DNA from: an uncultured archaeon
GTDB lineage: Archaea > Asgardarchaeota > Hermodarchaeia > Hermodarchaeales > Hermodarchaeaceae
NCBI GenBank assembly: GCA_964347045.1
Contig: CAYFXC010000030.1
Location: 930-15,986 of the forward strand
Length of the DNA: 15,057 bases
Direction: 5' to 3'
Part shown: positions 1 through 8,811 of the stretch, one piece after another
How positions within the stretch are numbered: the first letter of the stretch is position 1
Layout: each line of letters opens with the position of its first letter
Translations under genes and position numbers: made by a program
The notes under the pieces: generated by a model
The model's database searches: none
What the model saw: the letters and a program-made list of their open reading frames with translations, nothing else
What the model was told of the DNA's origin: nothing

Positions 1-924
1 TCCAGCATGGTTGCGGCCGTCTTTTCGGGATTATTCCAATATGCCGTTGCCGTGGAGCCGCCGCGGACATGCACGGTGCCGATTTCTCCCTTGAGTTTCA
101 TGGGGGAAATCCTGTTTTGGCTGGCTCTCATCCTCATCCTGATCTTTTCGGCACTATTCTTCTTTTATCGCAAACAGATTTTGCTTCCTCGCCAACGGGT
201 GCGTCAGCAGCGCATGCAGGCTTGGGTTGATTCCTTTTATGATATTGGGAAAATTAAACGCATTTTGCTGATCCATAAAGAAACCGGGCTCTGCTTGCTG
301 GATCCCATTGTGGATAAAACGATGAAAGCGAATTTAGTCGGTGCGTTAATCCAGGCCATCACGACGTTTGGGCTTAGCTTGACGGAATCGGAGAGCTCTT
401 CCTATGTTCCCCTCGATACGACCACCTCGCTGCAAGAAATCACCTATCGCGACTTTCATATCGTGGTCCATGATGGCAAATACACGCGCAACGCTATCAT
501 CTTCAGTCAACCACCCAGTGGCCAGCTTAACAAGCGCTTAGAACAATTTACCACGCGCTTAGAAGCCGAATATGCCGATGTTCTCGAAAACTGGGCTGGA
601 CGCCTGAATGTTTTTGGAGATGCCATTGGTCTTATCGACGAATATTTCTTCATCACTCTGCGATTACCGCATATCATTCAAGACAGTAAACGCACAGGGC
701 TGTCTCTCTCCCAGGCTGAACGTGTGCTTTTTACCATCGCGAAAAAATTTGCCGCGACCACTGGCTCGTTTTTGGTCCGCGATTTACTTGACAAATATCA
801 AAGCGAAAAAGGGATCCTGCCTGTTGAAGTCTTTGAGGCTATTTTCACGTTACGCGAAAAAGAACTGATCGTACCACTCCATACTGATTTTCTCTACTAC
901 TTTACCAATAACACCGCCGCCTAG
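1..924 (+). CDS. Membrane-anchored protein with cytoplasmic longin/roadblock-like domain and C-terminal wHTH-like segment (probably 5'-truncated by window edge)
   Basis: Frame is open from base 1 (ORF track starts at ATG 7). One TM helix (ILFWLALILILIFSALFFFY) followed by a basic stretch. Then 'ILLIHKETGLCLL...NLVGALIQAITTFG...EITYRDFHIVVHDGKY', resembling the longin-like C-terminal module common on large Asgard membrane proteins. Confidence 0.6.
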   Translation, partial: SSMVAAVFSGLFQYAVAVEPPRTCTVPISPLSFMGEILFWLALILILIFSALFFFYRKQILLPRQRVRQQRMQAWVDSFYDIGKIKRILLIHKETGLCLLDPIVDKTMKANLVGALIQAITTFGLSLTESESSSYVPLDTTTSLQEITYRDFHIVVHDGKYTRNAIIFSQPPSGQLNKRLEQFTTRLEAEYADVLENWAGRLNVFGDAIGLIDEYFFITLRLPHIIQDSKRTGLSLSQAERVLFTIAKKFAATTGSFLVRDLLDKYQSEKGILPVEVFEAIFTLREKELIVPLHTDFLYYFTNNTAA

Positions 925-992
925 CTGGTTCACGGTGATCTAAAACCAATAGGTGCATGCCAGAGACCCAACGGGTCAGTGACGTGCCAAGC

Positions 993-1658
993 TTAGCGGC
1001 GCATCCAGGTCACCGTACCTAGTTCGGTAACATAAATGCAGGGGAGATCAAATTCGATGGCCAGCTGAAACAAGGCCAGGGCGCTGACCTTACTGCCCCC
1101 CGTGACATCAATGAGAATTGCATACTCACGAATCAGATCTTGGGACAAGCGATATACCAGCTCATACATCTTCCCCAAATCGTAATTAAGGATATCAGCG
1201 GGCACTTCATGGAGCACCCGGTCAGAAGTGAGCCCACTTAAACGCCGTCGTGCCGCTTCACCCACAAAGTAGTGAAACTTTTCCGGCCGAAAGCTGGTCT
1301 CCGCCCGAATCCGCTTGGGCACCGCATGGAGCACCTCCGGATCATCGCCAATGGCCCCAATATAGGCAACCGGTGCGTTCACTCCAAGGACCCGTCGGAC
1401 ACTTTGAATTTCATGGGGAATAATCCGGGCGGCTTTTTCTTTTCCGTCCCGGAACCGTTCAATGATGCCATTATTTTCCAGGTGCTGGAGGTTAAAATAC
1501 AGCATCGCATCCGATACTTCATCCACGGGTTTGGCGACCCGCCGTGCAATCGCGGCCCGCAGCACTAATCCCGTTTGGGGCCCATCGAGGAGTTGACGGA
1601 GGATTATCTTGCGGGCTTCAACGCCACCAATGACCCGTTTAACTTTGCCAACAGACAC
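993..1658 (-). CDS. N-terminal winged-HTH (ArsR/PadR-like) + C-terminal CARF-like domain transcriptional regulator
   Basis: 'RKIILRQLLDGP...SDAMLYFNLQHLENNGIIER' is a wHTH. 'ILIDVTGGSKVSALALF...CIYV' matches the CARF D-x-T-G-G-x-K motif. GTG start, divergent from actin. Confidence 0.7.
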   Translation of the reverse strand: MSVGKVKRVIGGVEARKIILRQLLDGPQTGLVLRAAIARRVAKPVDEVSDAMLYFNLQHLENNGIIERFRDGKEKAARIIPHEIQSVRRVLGVNAPVAYIGAIGDDPEVLHAVPKRIRAETSFRPEKFHYFVGEAARRRLSGLTSDRVLHEVPADILNYDLGKMYELVYRLSQDLIREYAILIDVTGGSKVSALALFQLAIEFDLPCIYVTELGTVTWMRR

Positions 1659-1856
1659 CCTGTGCCACCAAGCTGTATAGTTTCCTCGGTCGATTTCAGC
1701 GCTCCCAGAAGTGGGATGGCTCTACTAAAAATCTGCAAAGCTGAGCATATAAATGACTCGTCCCAGCCGCCCTTTGCCTAGACGGCTTTGCGGTTTAATT
1801 CAACAACTCTATCACTGATAACGTTGATAGAGACGACGCCAAAACCTGCCTCAATC

Positions 1857-1964
1857 TTTAAAAGTAAAATTCGAAGTCCTTTCCGTGGGAATACAAAGAC
1901 CAGCCTGGGAAGTATTCCAGCCTGACTTACCCTTTTAAAACCCAAAACCCTTCGAAGGAGATGA
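1857..1964 (+). promoter_or_regulatory. Candidate archaeal TATA boxes (TTTAAAAG 1857-1864; TTTTAAAA 1933-1940) and SD-like GGAGATGA (1957-1964) for actin
   Basis: AT-rich boxes in the divergent intergenic region; GGAG-containing motif 9 nt before ATG 1974. Confidence 0.4.
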
Positions 1965-1973
1965 ACTCATCCA

Positions 1974-3119
1974 ATGGCAACTGAAGAAGAAATGGTCACC
2001 GCCAAACCCTTGGTGGTTGACAACGGCACCGGCCTTAGCAAAAACGGCTACGCCGGTGAAGACCAGCCACGCAGCGTGTTCCCCACGCTCATCGGCTACC
2101 CCAAGTATCCTGCCTACATGACCGACGTCGAACACTACACCCGCGAATACTACATCGGCGAAGAAGCCCTCCAACTCCGCGGCGTCCTCAAACTCGTCTA
2201 CCCCATCGCCCACGGCCAAATCACCGACTGGCCCGCTATGGAAAAGATCTGGCACTACACCTTCTACAACGACCTCCGCATCGACCCCACCGAACACCCC
2301 ATCCTCCTCACCGAGGCCCCACTGAACCCCCGCGCCAACCGCGAAAAGATGGCCGAAATCATGTTCGAAACCTTCAACATCCCCGCCATCTACGTCGCCA
2401 TGCAAGCCGTCCTCAGCCTCTACGCCTCCGGCCGCACCACCGGCCTCGTCATCGACTCCGGCGACGGCGTCACCCACATCGTCCCCATCTACGAAGGCTT
2501 CGCCCTCACCCACGCCATCAGCCGCGTCGACTTAGCCGGCCGCGACATCACCGAATACCTCCGACGCCTCCTCCGCCAACGCGGATACAGCCTCACCACC
2601 ACTGCTGAACGCGAAATCGTCCGCGACATCAAAGAAAAACTCTGCTATGTCGCACTCGAACCCGAAAAAGAAACCAAACTCGCCGAAAAAGTCGCCGGCA
2701 TGGAAAAGAAATACATGCTCCCCGACGGCAGCACCCTCACCGTCGGTGCTGAACGATTCCAGGGACCCGAAGTGCTCTTCAATCCGGGCGCCATCGGCGT
2801 CGAAGCCCAACCCCTCGACGACGCCATCGTCGAAGCCGTCCGCAAATGTGACGTCGACCTCCGACGTGATCTCTACGCCAATATTGTTCTTTCTGGTGGA
2901 ACCACCATGTTCCCCGGCCTCAAAGAACGCCTCCGAAAGGAGATCATCGAACAGATCCCCGAAAACGTCGAAGTCAAAATCGTCGCCCCACCCGAACGGA
3001 TGTACTCCGTCTGGATCGGCGGCTCCATCCTCGCCTCTCTAAAGACGTTTCAGCGCATGTGGGTCACGAAAAAGGAATACATGGAACAAGGCGCTGGTGT
3101 TATTCATCGGTGCTTCTAA
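1974..3119 (+). CDS. Actin (Asgard lokiactin-type, eukaryote-like)
   Basis: Canonical actin motifs throughout: [129 protein letters not shown]-terminal IHRCF. Strong C-ending codon bias. Confidence 0.98.
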   Translation: MATEEEMVTAKPLVVDNGTGLSKNGYAGEDQPRSVFPTLIGYPKYPAYMTDVEHYTREYYIGEEALQLRGVLKLVYPIAHGQITDWPAMEKIWHYTFYNDLRIDPTEHPILLTEAPLNPRANREKMAEIMFETFNIPAIYVAMQAVLSLYASGRTTGLVIDSGDGVTHIVPIYEGFALTHAISRVDLAGRDITEYLRRLLRQRGYSLTTTAEREIVRDIKEKLCYVALEPEKETKLAEKVAGMEKKYMLPDGSTLTVGAERFQGPEVLFNPGAIGVEAQPLDDAIVEAVRKCDVDLRRDLYANIVLSGGTTMFPGLKERLRKEIIEQIPENVEVKIVAPPERMYSVWIGGSILASLKTFQRMWVTKKEYMEQGAGVIHRCF

Positions 3120-3170
3120 ACTAGCCGATTTTTGGGAGGCCTGTCCTCCCCTTTTTCATTTTTTTATTTT
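3060..3170 (+). repeat. Repeat R1: native actin 3' end ([19 protein letters not shown]) + terminator; master copy of the array repeat
   Basis: TGGGTCACGAAAAAGGAATACATGGAACAAGGCGCTGGTGTTATTCATCGGTGCTTCTAA, then GGGAGG-CCTGT-CCTCCC and a T-tract. Confidence 0.95.
3134..3170 (+). terminator. Hairpin + poly-T terminator of actin
   Basis: GGGAGG(3134-3139)/CCTCCC(3145-3150) stem followed by TTTTTCATTTTTTTATTTT. Confidence 0.8.
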
Positions 3171-3184
3171 TGGTTAAGTGGTGA

Positions 3185-4318
3185 TTAGATTTCTTGGAAT
3201 TGAAAAGCTCGTTGCCGAAGGATTTTGTGCTTTTTGTGTATTGGGAGTGCTGGATCGATTGGATGGTCTTTTCTGTCAACGAGTATAGCCTTTAGCACAG
3301 CTTGCTTGTCGAGTCCTTCATAGTAACTTCCAACCTTCAATTTGACACCGTCAATAAACCCACCTAGATTGAGGAATTTTTTCGCTTGATGGAGTTGTGC
3401 GGTTTCTATCATCTCGGTTGTTGTGTTGAATGAAAAACCTCGGGTTTCGAGGTATTTTTTCCATTGTACTTTTAGTAATGGATGTTTGCAACCTAATGTA
3501 AGATGTGGATAAGGGAATCGACTATCCCGTGTGAATTTTGGATTGATTGATCCTTCTGTACTCATAGCTAGCCGAATTACGAAGTTGTGAATTGTGGTTG
3601 GAATGGTTGGGTCTGATAGAAATTGCATTGATGGTTGGGGGTTTTCTTGAAGGTAATCGTCCCATGATTGTCCGAGTTTGGGTCGTGTTCGGTAGATAGG
3701 GCTGAGTTTGAGGAGTTCTTCGAGCATGAGTTTGGTGTCGTGTTTTCGGTTGTAGGTGGTGTAGTAGGCTTTGTGGCCTTGTTTGCCGGCTTTGCTCCAG
3801 TAAGGTTTGAAGAAGGTGGATGGGGGTTGGTTGTAGTGGTAATGGTTAAGGTCGGCGAAGATGGCATGGAGGGATTCAGCCTTGTTAGTGAAGGTAATGT
3901 AATGGCCACGGCCTGTGCGTTTGCCTGCACCGCCGTCGGTGATGAGCATGATGGCGATGAGGTGAGGAAGAAAGGGTTTGACGTTGGGGTGTTGGAGGAG
4001 TTGGGGGACTTCGGTGGAGAGAGGGAAGGTGGGGGCTTTAGATCCGCGGCGAAGGAGTTGGGCGTCGCGGAGGGGGCGGAGCGGTTTGTTGTATCGACGG
4101 ATGATGTTTTGGATGGTGTCTTGGGTACAGTCTTTTTCTTGGGCAAGTTGGAGGCTGCTTTTTTCTTCGCAAGTGTAGTCACAGACAATCTTGAGTTCCG
4201 TGGCGATGTCAAATTTGCGTTGGTAGGTGGCTTTAATGCCTGGTTGGGTCGTTTGGCGAAGGTGGTAAATGGGGCAGGTTGGGCATTTCTTAGGAAAGTA
4301 GGGTGGGTCGGTAGTCAT
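3185..4318 (-). CDS. Free-standing double-motif LAGLIDADG-like endonuclease with N-terminal CxxC and HTH
   Basis: Motif 1 'LIAIMLITDGG' followed by 'YITFTNKAESLHAIFADL'. Motif 2 'VIRLAMSTEGSI' followed by 'LTLGCKHPLLKVQWKKYLETRGF'. Both show the LAGLIDADG helix ending in D/E-G, then beta-strand and helix. N-terminal 'CPTC' and HTH-like 'SSLQLAQEKDCTQDTIQNIIRRY'. Recognised by eye, not by HMM. Confidence 0.65.
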   Translation of the reverse strand: MTTDPPYFPKKCPTCPIYHLRQTTQPGIKATYQRKFDIATELKIVCDYTCEEKSSLQLAQEKDCTQDTIQNIIRRYNKPLRPLRDAQLLRRGSKAPTFPLSTEVPQLLQHPNVKPFLPHLIAIMLITDGGAGKRTGRGHYITFTNKAESLHAIFADLNHYHYNQPPSTFFKPYWSKAGKQGHKAYYTTYNRKHDTKLMLEELLKLSPIYRTRPKLGQSWDDYLQENPQPSMQFLSDPTIPTTIHNFVIRLAMSTEGSINPKFTRDSRFPYPHLTLGCKHPLLKVQWKKYLETRGFSFNTTTEMIETAQLHQAKKFLNLGGFIDGVKLKVGSYYEGLDKQAVLKAILVDRKDHPIDPALPIHKKHKILRQRAFQFQEI

Positions 4319-4758
4319 GGTTCGTCACTCTGGCAGTGGTGAGGAACGGTGACGCCGTTGAGATCGCCGGTGTTTGTGAAATGGAGGATGAGACGGCATT
4401 GAAGATGGGTGTGGGTGAAGTCGGTCCAGTCGGGTCGTGGGGTGGTGATAGTGGTGTCGTCATCGAGTTGGAAGGTGCATTCGGTGTCTGTGAGGGTGGT
4501 CAAGGTGGCGAAGATGGCCTGTTCGCCGGGGATTTCGTAGAAGATGTGATCATTGTTGTTGTCGAGGAGTTCTGCACCACAGCTTTTGAGGTCTTGAATG
4601 AAGATGATTCGGTCCTTGAGGGCTTGAATCATGTCATCCCACGTGTGGCAGTCGTCGGCGAGCCATTTGAAGCGCATGATGTGATGCGTTGCCGCATCGA
4701 GTTCATTCAATTCATCTTCAGTGAGGTAGGTTGAGAGTTTTTCATAATCGATTTTCAT
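4315..4758 (-). CDS. Hypothetical protein, translationally coupled to the endonuclease gene
   Basis: 147-aa ORF. Its TGA overlaps the next ATG (ATGA, 4315-4318). Same C/A-rich codon style as its neighbour. Confidence 0.7.
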   Translation of the reverse strand: MKIDYEKLSTYLTEDELNELDAATHHIMRFKWLADDCHTWDDMIQALKDRIIFIQDLKSCGAELLDNNNDHIFYEIPGEQAIFATLTTLTDTECTFQLDDDTTITTPRPDWTDFTHTHLQCRLILHFTNTGDLNGVTVPHHCQSDEP

Positions 4759-4853
4759 GATGGTTCACTTCTGGCGGGGCGCGGGTTTTGGTTGGTTTTT
4801 ATGCGTTATGGTTCTCAGGAAAAGGCGATTAAAACCACACAGCTGCGGACTCG

Positions 4854-4905
4854 TGGGTCACGAAAAAGGAATTCATGGAGCATGGCACTGGCGGGATGGT
4901 CAATG
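4854..4905 (+). repeat. Repeat R2: degenerate actin 3' end (WVTKKEFMEHGTGG...), no terminator
   Basis: TGGGTCACGAAAAAGGAATTCATGGAGCATGGCACTGG; the first 19 nt are identical to the native actin copy. Confidence 0.8.
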
Positions 4906-5562
4906 TTAAAGGACCGCTTGGGTCCCAGGCGGCAGGGGGGACAGGTCAAGGGATTCGAACCGGTTCCCTTTCAGATCTAGCTCTTGGAGGTGTTGGCAGT
5001 GTTGGAGGGGGGTGAGGTCGAGGCTTTGAAGTTGATTGGAAGATAGATCGAGTGTTTTTAGGTGTTGGCAGTGTTGGAGGGGGGTGAGGTCGAGGGTGTG
5101 GAGCTGGTTGACATTGAGCCACAGTTCGTGGAGGTGTTGGCAGTGTTGGAGGGGGGTGAGGTCGAGGGTGTGGAGCTGGTTGTAGGAGAGGATTTGTATT
5201 CGGAGCTGGGTGCAGGTGGTCAGGGGGGTTATGTCGACGGTTTGGAGCTGGTTGTAGGCCAGGTTGAGTATTCGGAGCTGGGTGCAGGTGGCGAGGGGCG
5301 TGAGGTCGAGATGTGGGAGTCGGTTAACGTTGAGCCACAGTTCGTGGAGGTGTTGGCAGTGTTGGAGGGGGGTGAGGTCGAGGGTGTGGAGGTTGTTGAA
5401 TGCGAGACTAAGGCTTTGGAGACGGGAGCAGTGTTGGAGGGGGGTGAGGTTGATGCTCGTGAATCCGATATTTTCAATCCTGATGACGTTAACCTTTGAG
5501 TCGTATTCAGGGGTTTGCCGTTCGTCGCCTGTCACGTCGATGTAGCGGAATTGAACACCCAT
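4906..5562 (-). CDS. Leucine-rich repeat protein (24-aa LRRs)
   Basis: About 7 repeats of LxxLDLTPLxxCxxLxxLxLxxNx. Likely start ATG 5562 (MGVQFRY) after GAGGGA. The ORF-track start (5643) lies inside repeat R3. Confidence 0.9.
   Translation of the reverse strand: MGVQFRYIDVTGDERQTPEYDSKVNVIRIENIGFTSINLTPLQHCSRLQSLSLAFNNLHTLDLTPLQHCQHLHELWLNVNRLPHLDLTPLATCTQLRILNLAYNQLQTVDITPLTTCTQLRIQILSYNQLHTLDLTPLQHCQHLHELWLNVNQLHTLDLTPLQHCQHLKTLDLSSNQLQSLDLTPLQHCQHLQELDLKGNRFESLDLSPLPPGTQAVL
4930..5460. repeat. 72-bp tandem coding repeats of the LRR gene
   Basis: GGTGTTGGCAGTGTTGGAGGGGGGTGAGGTCGAG recurs at 4989, 5061, 5133 and 5349 (72-nt phase). Confidence 0.9.
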
Positions 5563-5633
5563 AGAGCATCCCTCATCGGAACCTATCACGTCTACAAGTT
5601 CAAATGTTTGCCGGTCGGGTGATCGGTCACCAG

Positions 5634-5739
5634 TGGGTGACAAAGAAAGAATACATGGAGCAGGGTGCTGGAGTTATCCACCGCTGCTTCGAGGTAGCTG
5701 AATTTTGGGAGGCCTGTCCTCCCCTTTCTCTCTTTTTTT
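5634..5739 (+). repeat. Repeat R3: actin 3' end ([19 protein letters not shown], stop replaced by GAG) + terminator
   Basis: 19/19 amino acids identical to the actin C-terminus; hairpin GGGAGG-CCTGT-CCTCCC at 5707-5723 plus T-tract. Confidence 0.95.
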
Positions 5740-5831
5740 GTGCGTGTTTTTTTGGGGTGAGGTGTTGGTGGGTGGGAATTGGAGGTGATTTTTAAATGGG
5801 GTTTGGGATTGAGTGGGTGTTGATGGGTTGA

Positions 5832-6617
5832 TTGGTGATGAAGGGTGGGGGTAAACGTCGTTGGGTGCGGATTGTTGCTCTGGTGTTGGTGGTTTTAATT
5901 GTACTGGGGGTTGGGGGATATGGGCTCTTGTGGGCGGGATTGAGTAGGTGGCCTGGGTCCTATACGTATACGGAGAGTCGGATCTTTGATTCGGTGAAAG
6001 AAGGGGCCGCGTTGAGGGAAGCGGAGCTATTCGATTACTCAGTGTTTTTGGTCGGAGACAATGAGACCTTAGCACCATATAGCTACTATCGGGGTATGGT
6101 GGAATATTCGGTGTTGCCGCTCAGCGAATTGCCGTTTCTTGCTAATGCGACACTTGCCCAGTATCGGCTGATAAACCACACGTTCAATCCCTTTCTCATA
6201 TTAGGGAAACGAACAATCACCTATATTGCAAATAGCACTTATTTTCCATCGCTGAATGTGACACTCAACGCAACGGCATTGGGTTCGAACCAGATGAGTC
6301 CTTTGGTGTTTGCCAACCCGAATGGGACCATTGCGGAAACATGGACTAGTGGCGCGTGGCGTGGAGGCTACTGGAACGGAACTGATTATGTGAGTTTTGA
6401 GTATGTGCGAAATAGAGGCTTTGTCGGACCGCAGTTCCTGTTACAAAATCACACTGATGTCTATTTTATCGATATGTTGTTCACAATCCTTCGTGATGGC
6501 GCAGGATCGCGTTCATTCTTTGGTGATATGTTTCGGTATATTCAACGTGTGATTGTGGATGCAACGGGACGAGTTCTCTTTGTATCATCAGCTCAAGATT
6601 ATCTAGCTTGGATTTGA
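5832..6617 (+). CDS. N-terminally anchored membrane/secreted glycoprotein, unknown function
   Basis: KRR + hydrophobic helix (WVRIVALVLVVLIVLGVGGYGLLW); 9 N-x-S/T sequons in the remainder. Exact start uncertain (5832-5838). Confidence 0.75.
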   Translation: MVMKGGGKRRWVRIVALVLVVLIVLGVGGYGLLWAGLSRWPGSYTYTESRIFDSVKEGAALREAELFDYSVFLVGDNETLAPYSYYRGMVEYSVLPLSELPFLANATLAQYRLINHTFNPFLILGKRTITYIANSTYFPSLNVTLNATALGSNQMSPLVFANPNGTIAETWTSGAWRGGYWNGTDYVSFEYVRNRGFVGPQFLLQNHTDVYFIDMLFTILRDGAGSRSFFGDMFRYIQRVIVDATGRVLFVSSAQDYLAWI

Positions 6618-6687
6618 ATCGTGGGCACGCAATTGCTGTTGGATGTAAACGAAAAATAATGCCGTTTTCGAAGCTAAGATTAGGCAA

Positions 6688-6795
6688 ATGTGTGTGACGA
6701 AGAAAGAATACATGGAGCAGGGCGCTGGAGTTATCCACCGCTGCTTCGAGGTAGCTGATTTTTTGGGAGGCTTGGTTTCCTCTATCTCGTTTTTC
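6688..6795 (+). repeat. Repeat R4: actin 3' end ([20 protein letters not shown], stop replaced by GAG) + eroded hairpin
   Basis: ATGTGTGTGACGAAGAAAGAATACATGGAGCAGGGCGCTGGAGTTATCCACCGCTGCTTCGAGGTAGCTGA...GGGAGG at 6765. Confidence 0.93.
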
Positions 6796-6882
6796 TAAGT
6801 TGTGAGAAGTTTGTGTGGCTGGATTGAAATGGAATGGCTTTTGAGGTTAGGCGGGGTAATGGTTGGAAAATTTGACTAGGAG

Positions 6883-7680
6883 TTGGTGGTTGATTTGGAA
6901 GGTGAAGGTTTGAAGGAATTGCCTGAGGTGGGGCATTATGTGGATGTGAACGGGCTCCATATGTATTATGAGGATCAGGGTCAGGGGGTTCCGTTGATTT
7001 TAGTGCATGGTGGGTTGCTGACGGGGAGTCTTGGGTGGGGGGATCTCAGGAAGCGATTTGCCCAGCAGTTTCGTGTGATTGTTCCCGATTGTCGGGGCTG
7101 TGGTCGAACGGATAATCCCCAGGGCAGTATGGATTATCGGGTCATGGCCGATGATATCGTTGCATTAGCCCAGTCCTTGGAGTTGGTGAATCCGATTATC
7201 GGTGGATGGAGTGATGGCGGACAAGTTACATTGGAAATTGGAATCCGGTATCCGGATGTTGCGAAAGCCCTCGTGGTGGGGGCCGCACAGCACGAATTGT
7301 CACCAAAGACAAAGGAGGGCCTGTTGTCAGTTCGTGATTGGCTTAAATCCGAACCAGAACTTACAGCGTCGTTGAGAGCTGCGCATAGCCATGTCTACGG
7401 AGCCGAGTACTGGGAAACATATGTCAACAAGCAGATTCAGATGTGGACTAACCCATCGAACTATCCACAGGACGATATTAAGCGAATCAAGGTGCCCACG
7501 CTCCTCATCGTGGGGGATCAAGATGAAGCAGTCCCCCTCGAAACCCAAATCGAAATGCTTGAGCTGATGCCACAGGCAGAATTAGCCATCATCCCCAATA
7601 TGACGCACATGAATTATGTGAACGAACGCAGTGCAATCTTCTTTGCCGTTGTGATGGACTTCCTTAAACGGATCTCCTGA
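6883..7680 (+). CDS. Alpha/beta-fold hydrolase
   Basis: Oxyanion HGG, 'PDCRGCGRT', nucleophile elbow GWSDGG, 'PTLLIVGDQDEAVP' and catalytic His in 'PNMTH'. Start uncertain by a few codons. Confidence 0.92.
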   Translation: MVVDLEGEGLKELPEVGHYVDVNGLHMYYEDQGQGVPLILVHGGLLTGSLGWGDLRKRFAQQFRVIVPDCRGCGRTDNPQGSMDYRVMADDIVALAQSLELVNPIIGGWSDGGQVTLEIGIRYPDVAKALVVGAAQHELSPKTKEGLLSVRDWLKSEPELTASLRAAHSHVYGAEYWETYVNKQIQMWTNPSNYPQDDIKRIKVPTLLIVGDQDEAVPLETQIEMLELMPQAELAIIPNMTHMNYVNERSAIFFAVVMDFLKRIS

Positions 7681-7691
7681 GAAAAAAGATC

Positions 7692-7726
7692 TTTGGGAGG
7701 CCTGGTCTCCCTTTTCTCTCTTTTTT
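7692..7726 (+). terminator. Repeat R5: hairpin/poly-T half of the actin repeat only
   Basis: TTTGGGAGGCCTGGTCTCCCTTTTCTCTCTTTTTT, near-identical to the R1/R3 terminators. Confidence 0.8.
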
Positions 7727-7792
7727 ATGGGTGGGGTGGGTGGAAGGTGGGTTTTTAGGGTGTGAGGTGGGTTGGTGAGGGGTGAGGGATGA

Positions 7793-8791
7793 TTGTTGGT
7801 TTTGGATTTGGTTGATAAATGGTTGTTAATTGAGTTAGGGGCGAACTGTCGGCTGTCGTATCAGAAGTTGGCGCGTCATTTTGGGTTGACGGTCAATGGG
7901 ATTAAGAAACGGGTGGAAAAGTTGCGGGAGATGGGGGTGATTTTAGGGTCTCTTTTGGTCTTGAATCGGGGGATCGTGTTTGGTTCTCCCCGACATTATT
8001 GGTTCATGTCGCAGTTGTGGGTCGATGAATCGAGAGACGATGAACAGCATTTCATTGAACAGGCAAAGTTTCCTGAATTGGGTTTAAGTTATTTGAAAAC
8101 AACTCGGAACACCATTCTTCTCTCCGGGCGTGTATACGATCTTGCCCGGTATCTTGAACTAGTGAAATTCATTCAACATCTTGAAGGGGTGCATAAATCA
8201 GAAACTGAAGTGTTGAGAGGCTTGTTTGTTCCAGGGCTACTCCGCAATGCACGACAAATCCCGCAGCTCACAATCAAAAGGACCTGTGTTGAGCACGATT
8301 TCACAAAAGATCAACTGTTGTTACTCCACTATCTTAAGGATGACCCACGAATGCAAGTAACAGAACTTGCGGCTAAGACGAAATTTTCGCCAAAGCGGGT
8401 GCGTAAAATCTTAAATATCTTCCACCAAACTCGGTGTGTAGTGTTTACTATCGTGCGGAATTTGAGTGCAGCGAAGCACACCGGTGCATTGGTAAGGATC
8501 ACAATAGATGAAACTCAAACTACCCCGGAGGATTTTGCTCGCTGGATAGTTGAAGCCTATCCGTTTGAATTTCGAATGATTTTTGCGGTGGTCGATAAAC
8601 CCAATCAACTGTGGCTTTCGATTTCTGCCCCACATATTCAAACCATTGATGCGATAGCCGAAACTATCCGTTCTACTCCTTTCACCCAACACACAGACGC
8701 CCTTGTCCTTTTTGGAGCAGTCTTTGGTGACAAAACCAGTCCTTACTATGATCGCCCTCTCGAAACGCTCCTCAAAGAAGCTGGTCTGTAA
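7793..8791 (+). CDS. Tandem (double HTH) Lrp/AsnC-family transcriptional regulator
   Basis: 'LDLVDKWLLIELGANCRLSYQKLARHFGLTVNGIKKRVEKL' and a second HTH 'LLLLHYLKDDPRMQVTELAAKTKFSPKRVRKIL'. Confidence 0.88.
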   Translation: MLVLDLVDKWLLIELGANCRLSYQKLARHFGLTVNGIKKRVEKLREMGVILGSLLVLNRGIVFGSPRHYWFMSQLWVDESRDDEQHFIEQAKFPELGLSYLKTTRNTILLSGRVYDLARYLELVKFIQHLEGVHKSETEVLRGLFVPGLLRNARQIPQLTIKRTCVEHDFTKDQLLLLHYLKDDPRMQVTELAAKTKFSPKRVRKILNIFHQTRCVVFTIVRNLSAAKHTGALVRITIDETQTTPEDFARWIVEAYPFEFRMIFAVVDKPNQLWLSISAPHIQTIDAIAETIRSTPFTQHTDALVLFGAVFGDKTSPYYDRPLETLLKEAGL

Positions 8792-8811
8792 TTAGCACTT
8801 GAATAATGCCC

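Noticed and set aside
1935-3042. Long alternative-frame and antisense ORFs over actin (1935-2513, 2532-2810, 2645-2845, 2647-3042)
   Set aside because: Shadows of the extreme C-ending codon bias, which removes stop codons from other frames.
1974-3119. Eukaryotic contamination as the source of actin
   Set aside because: Intronless, gene-dense prokaryotic context with SD-like motifs, Lrp/AsnC and CARF genes; the sequence is diverged from eukaryotic actins in a way consistent with Asgard actins.
3577-5545. Overlapping ORFs 3577-4212, 3668-4342, 4336-4734, 5062-5499 and similar
   Set aside because: Low-complexity G/V/E-rich or P/T/S-rich translations caused by strand skew, opposite or out of frame to better-supported genes.
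5604-5795. 63-aa ORF containing the actin C-terminus (also 13591-13785) as a mini-actin gene
   Set aside because: Only the repeat portion matches actin. The flanks are unrelated, and the ORF reads through the terminator or overlaps another gene.
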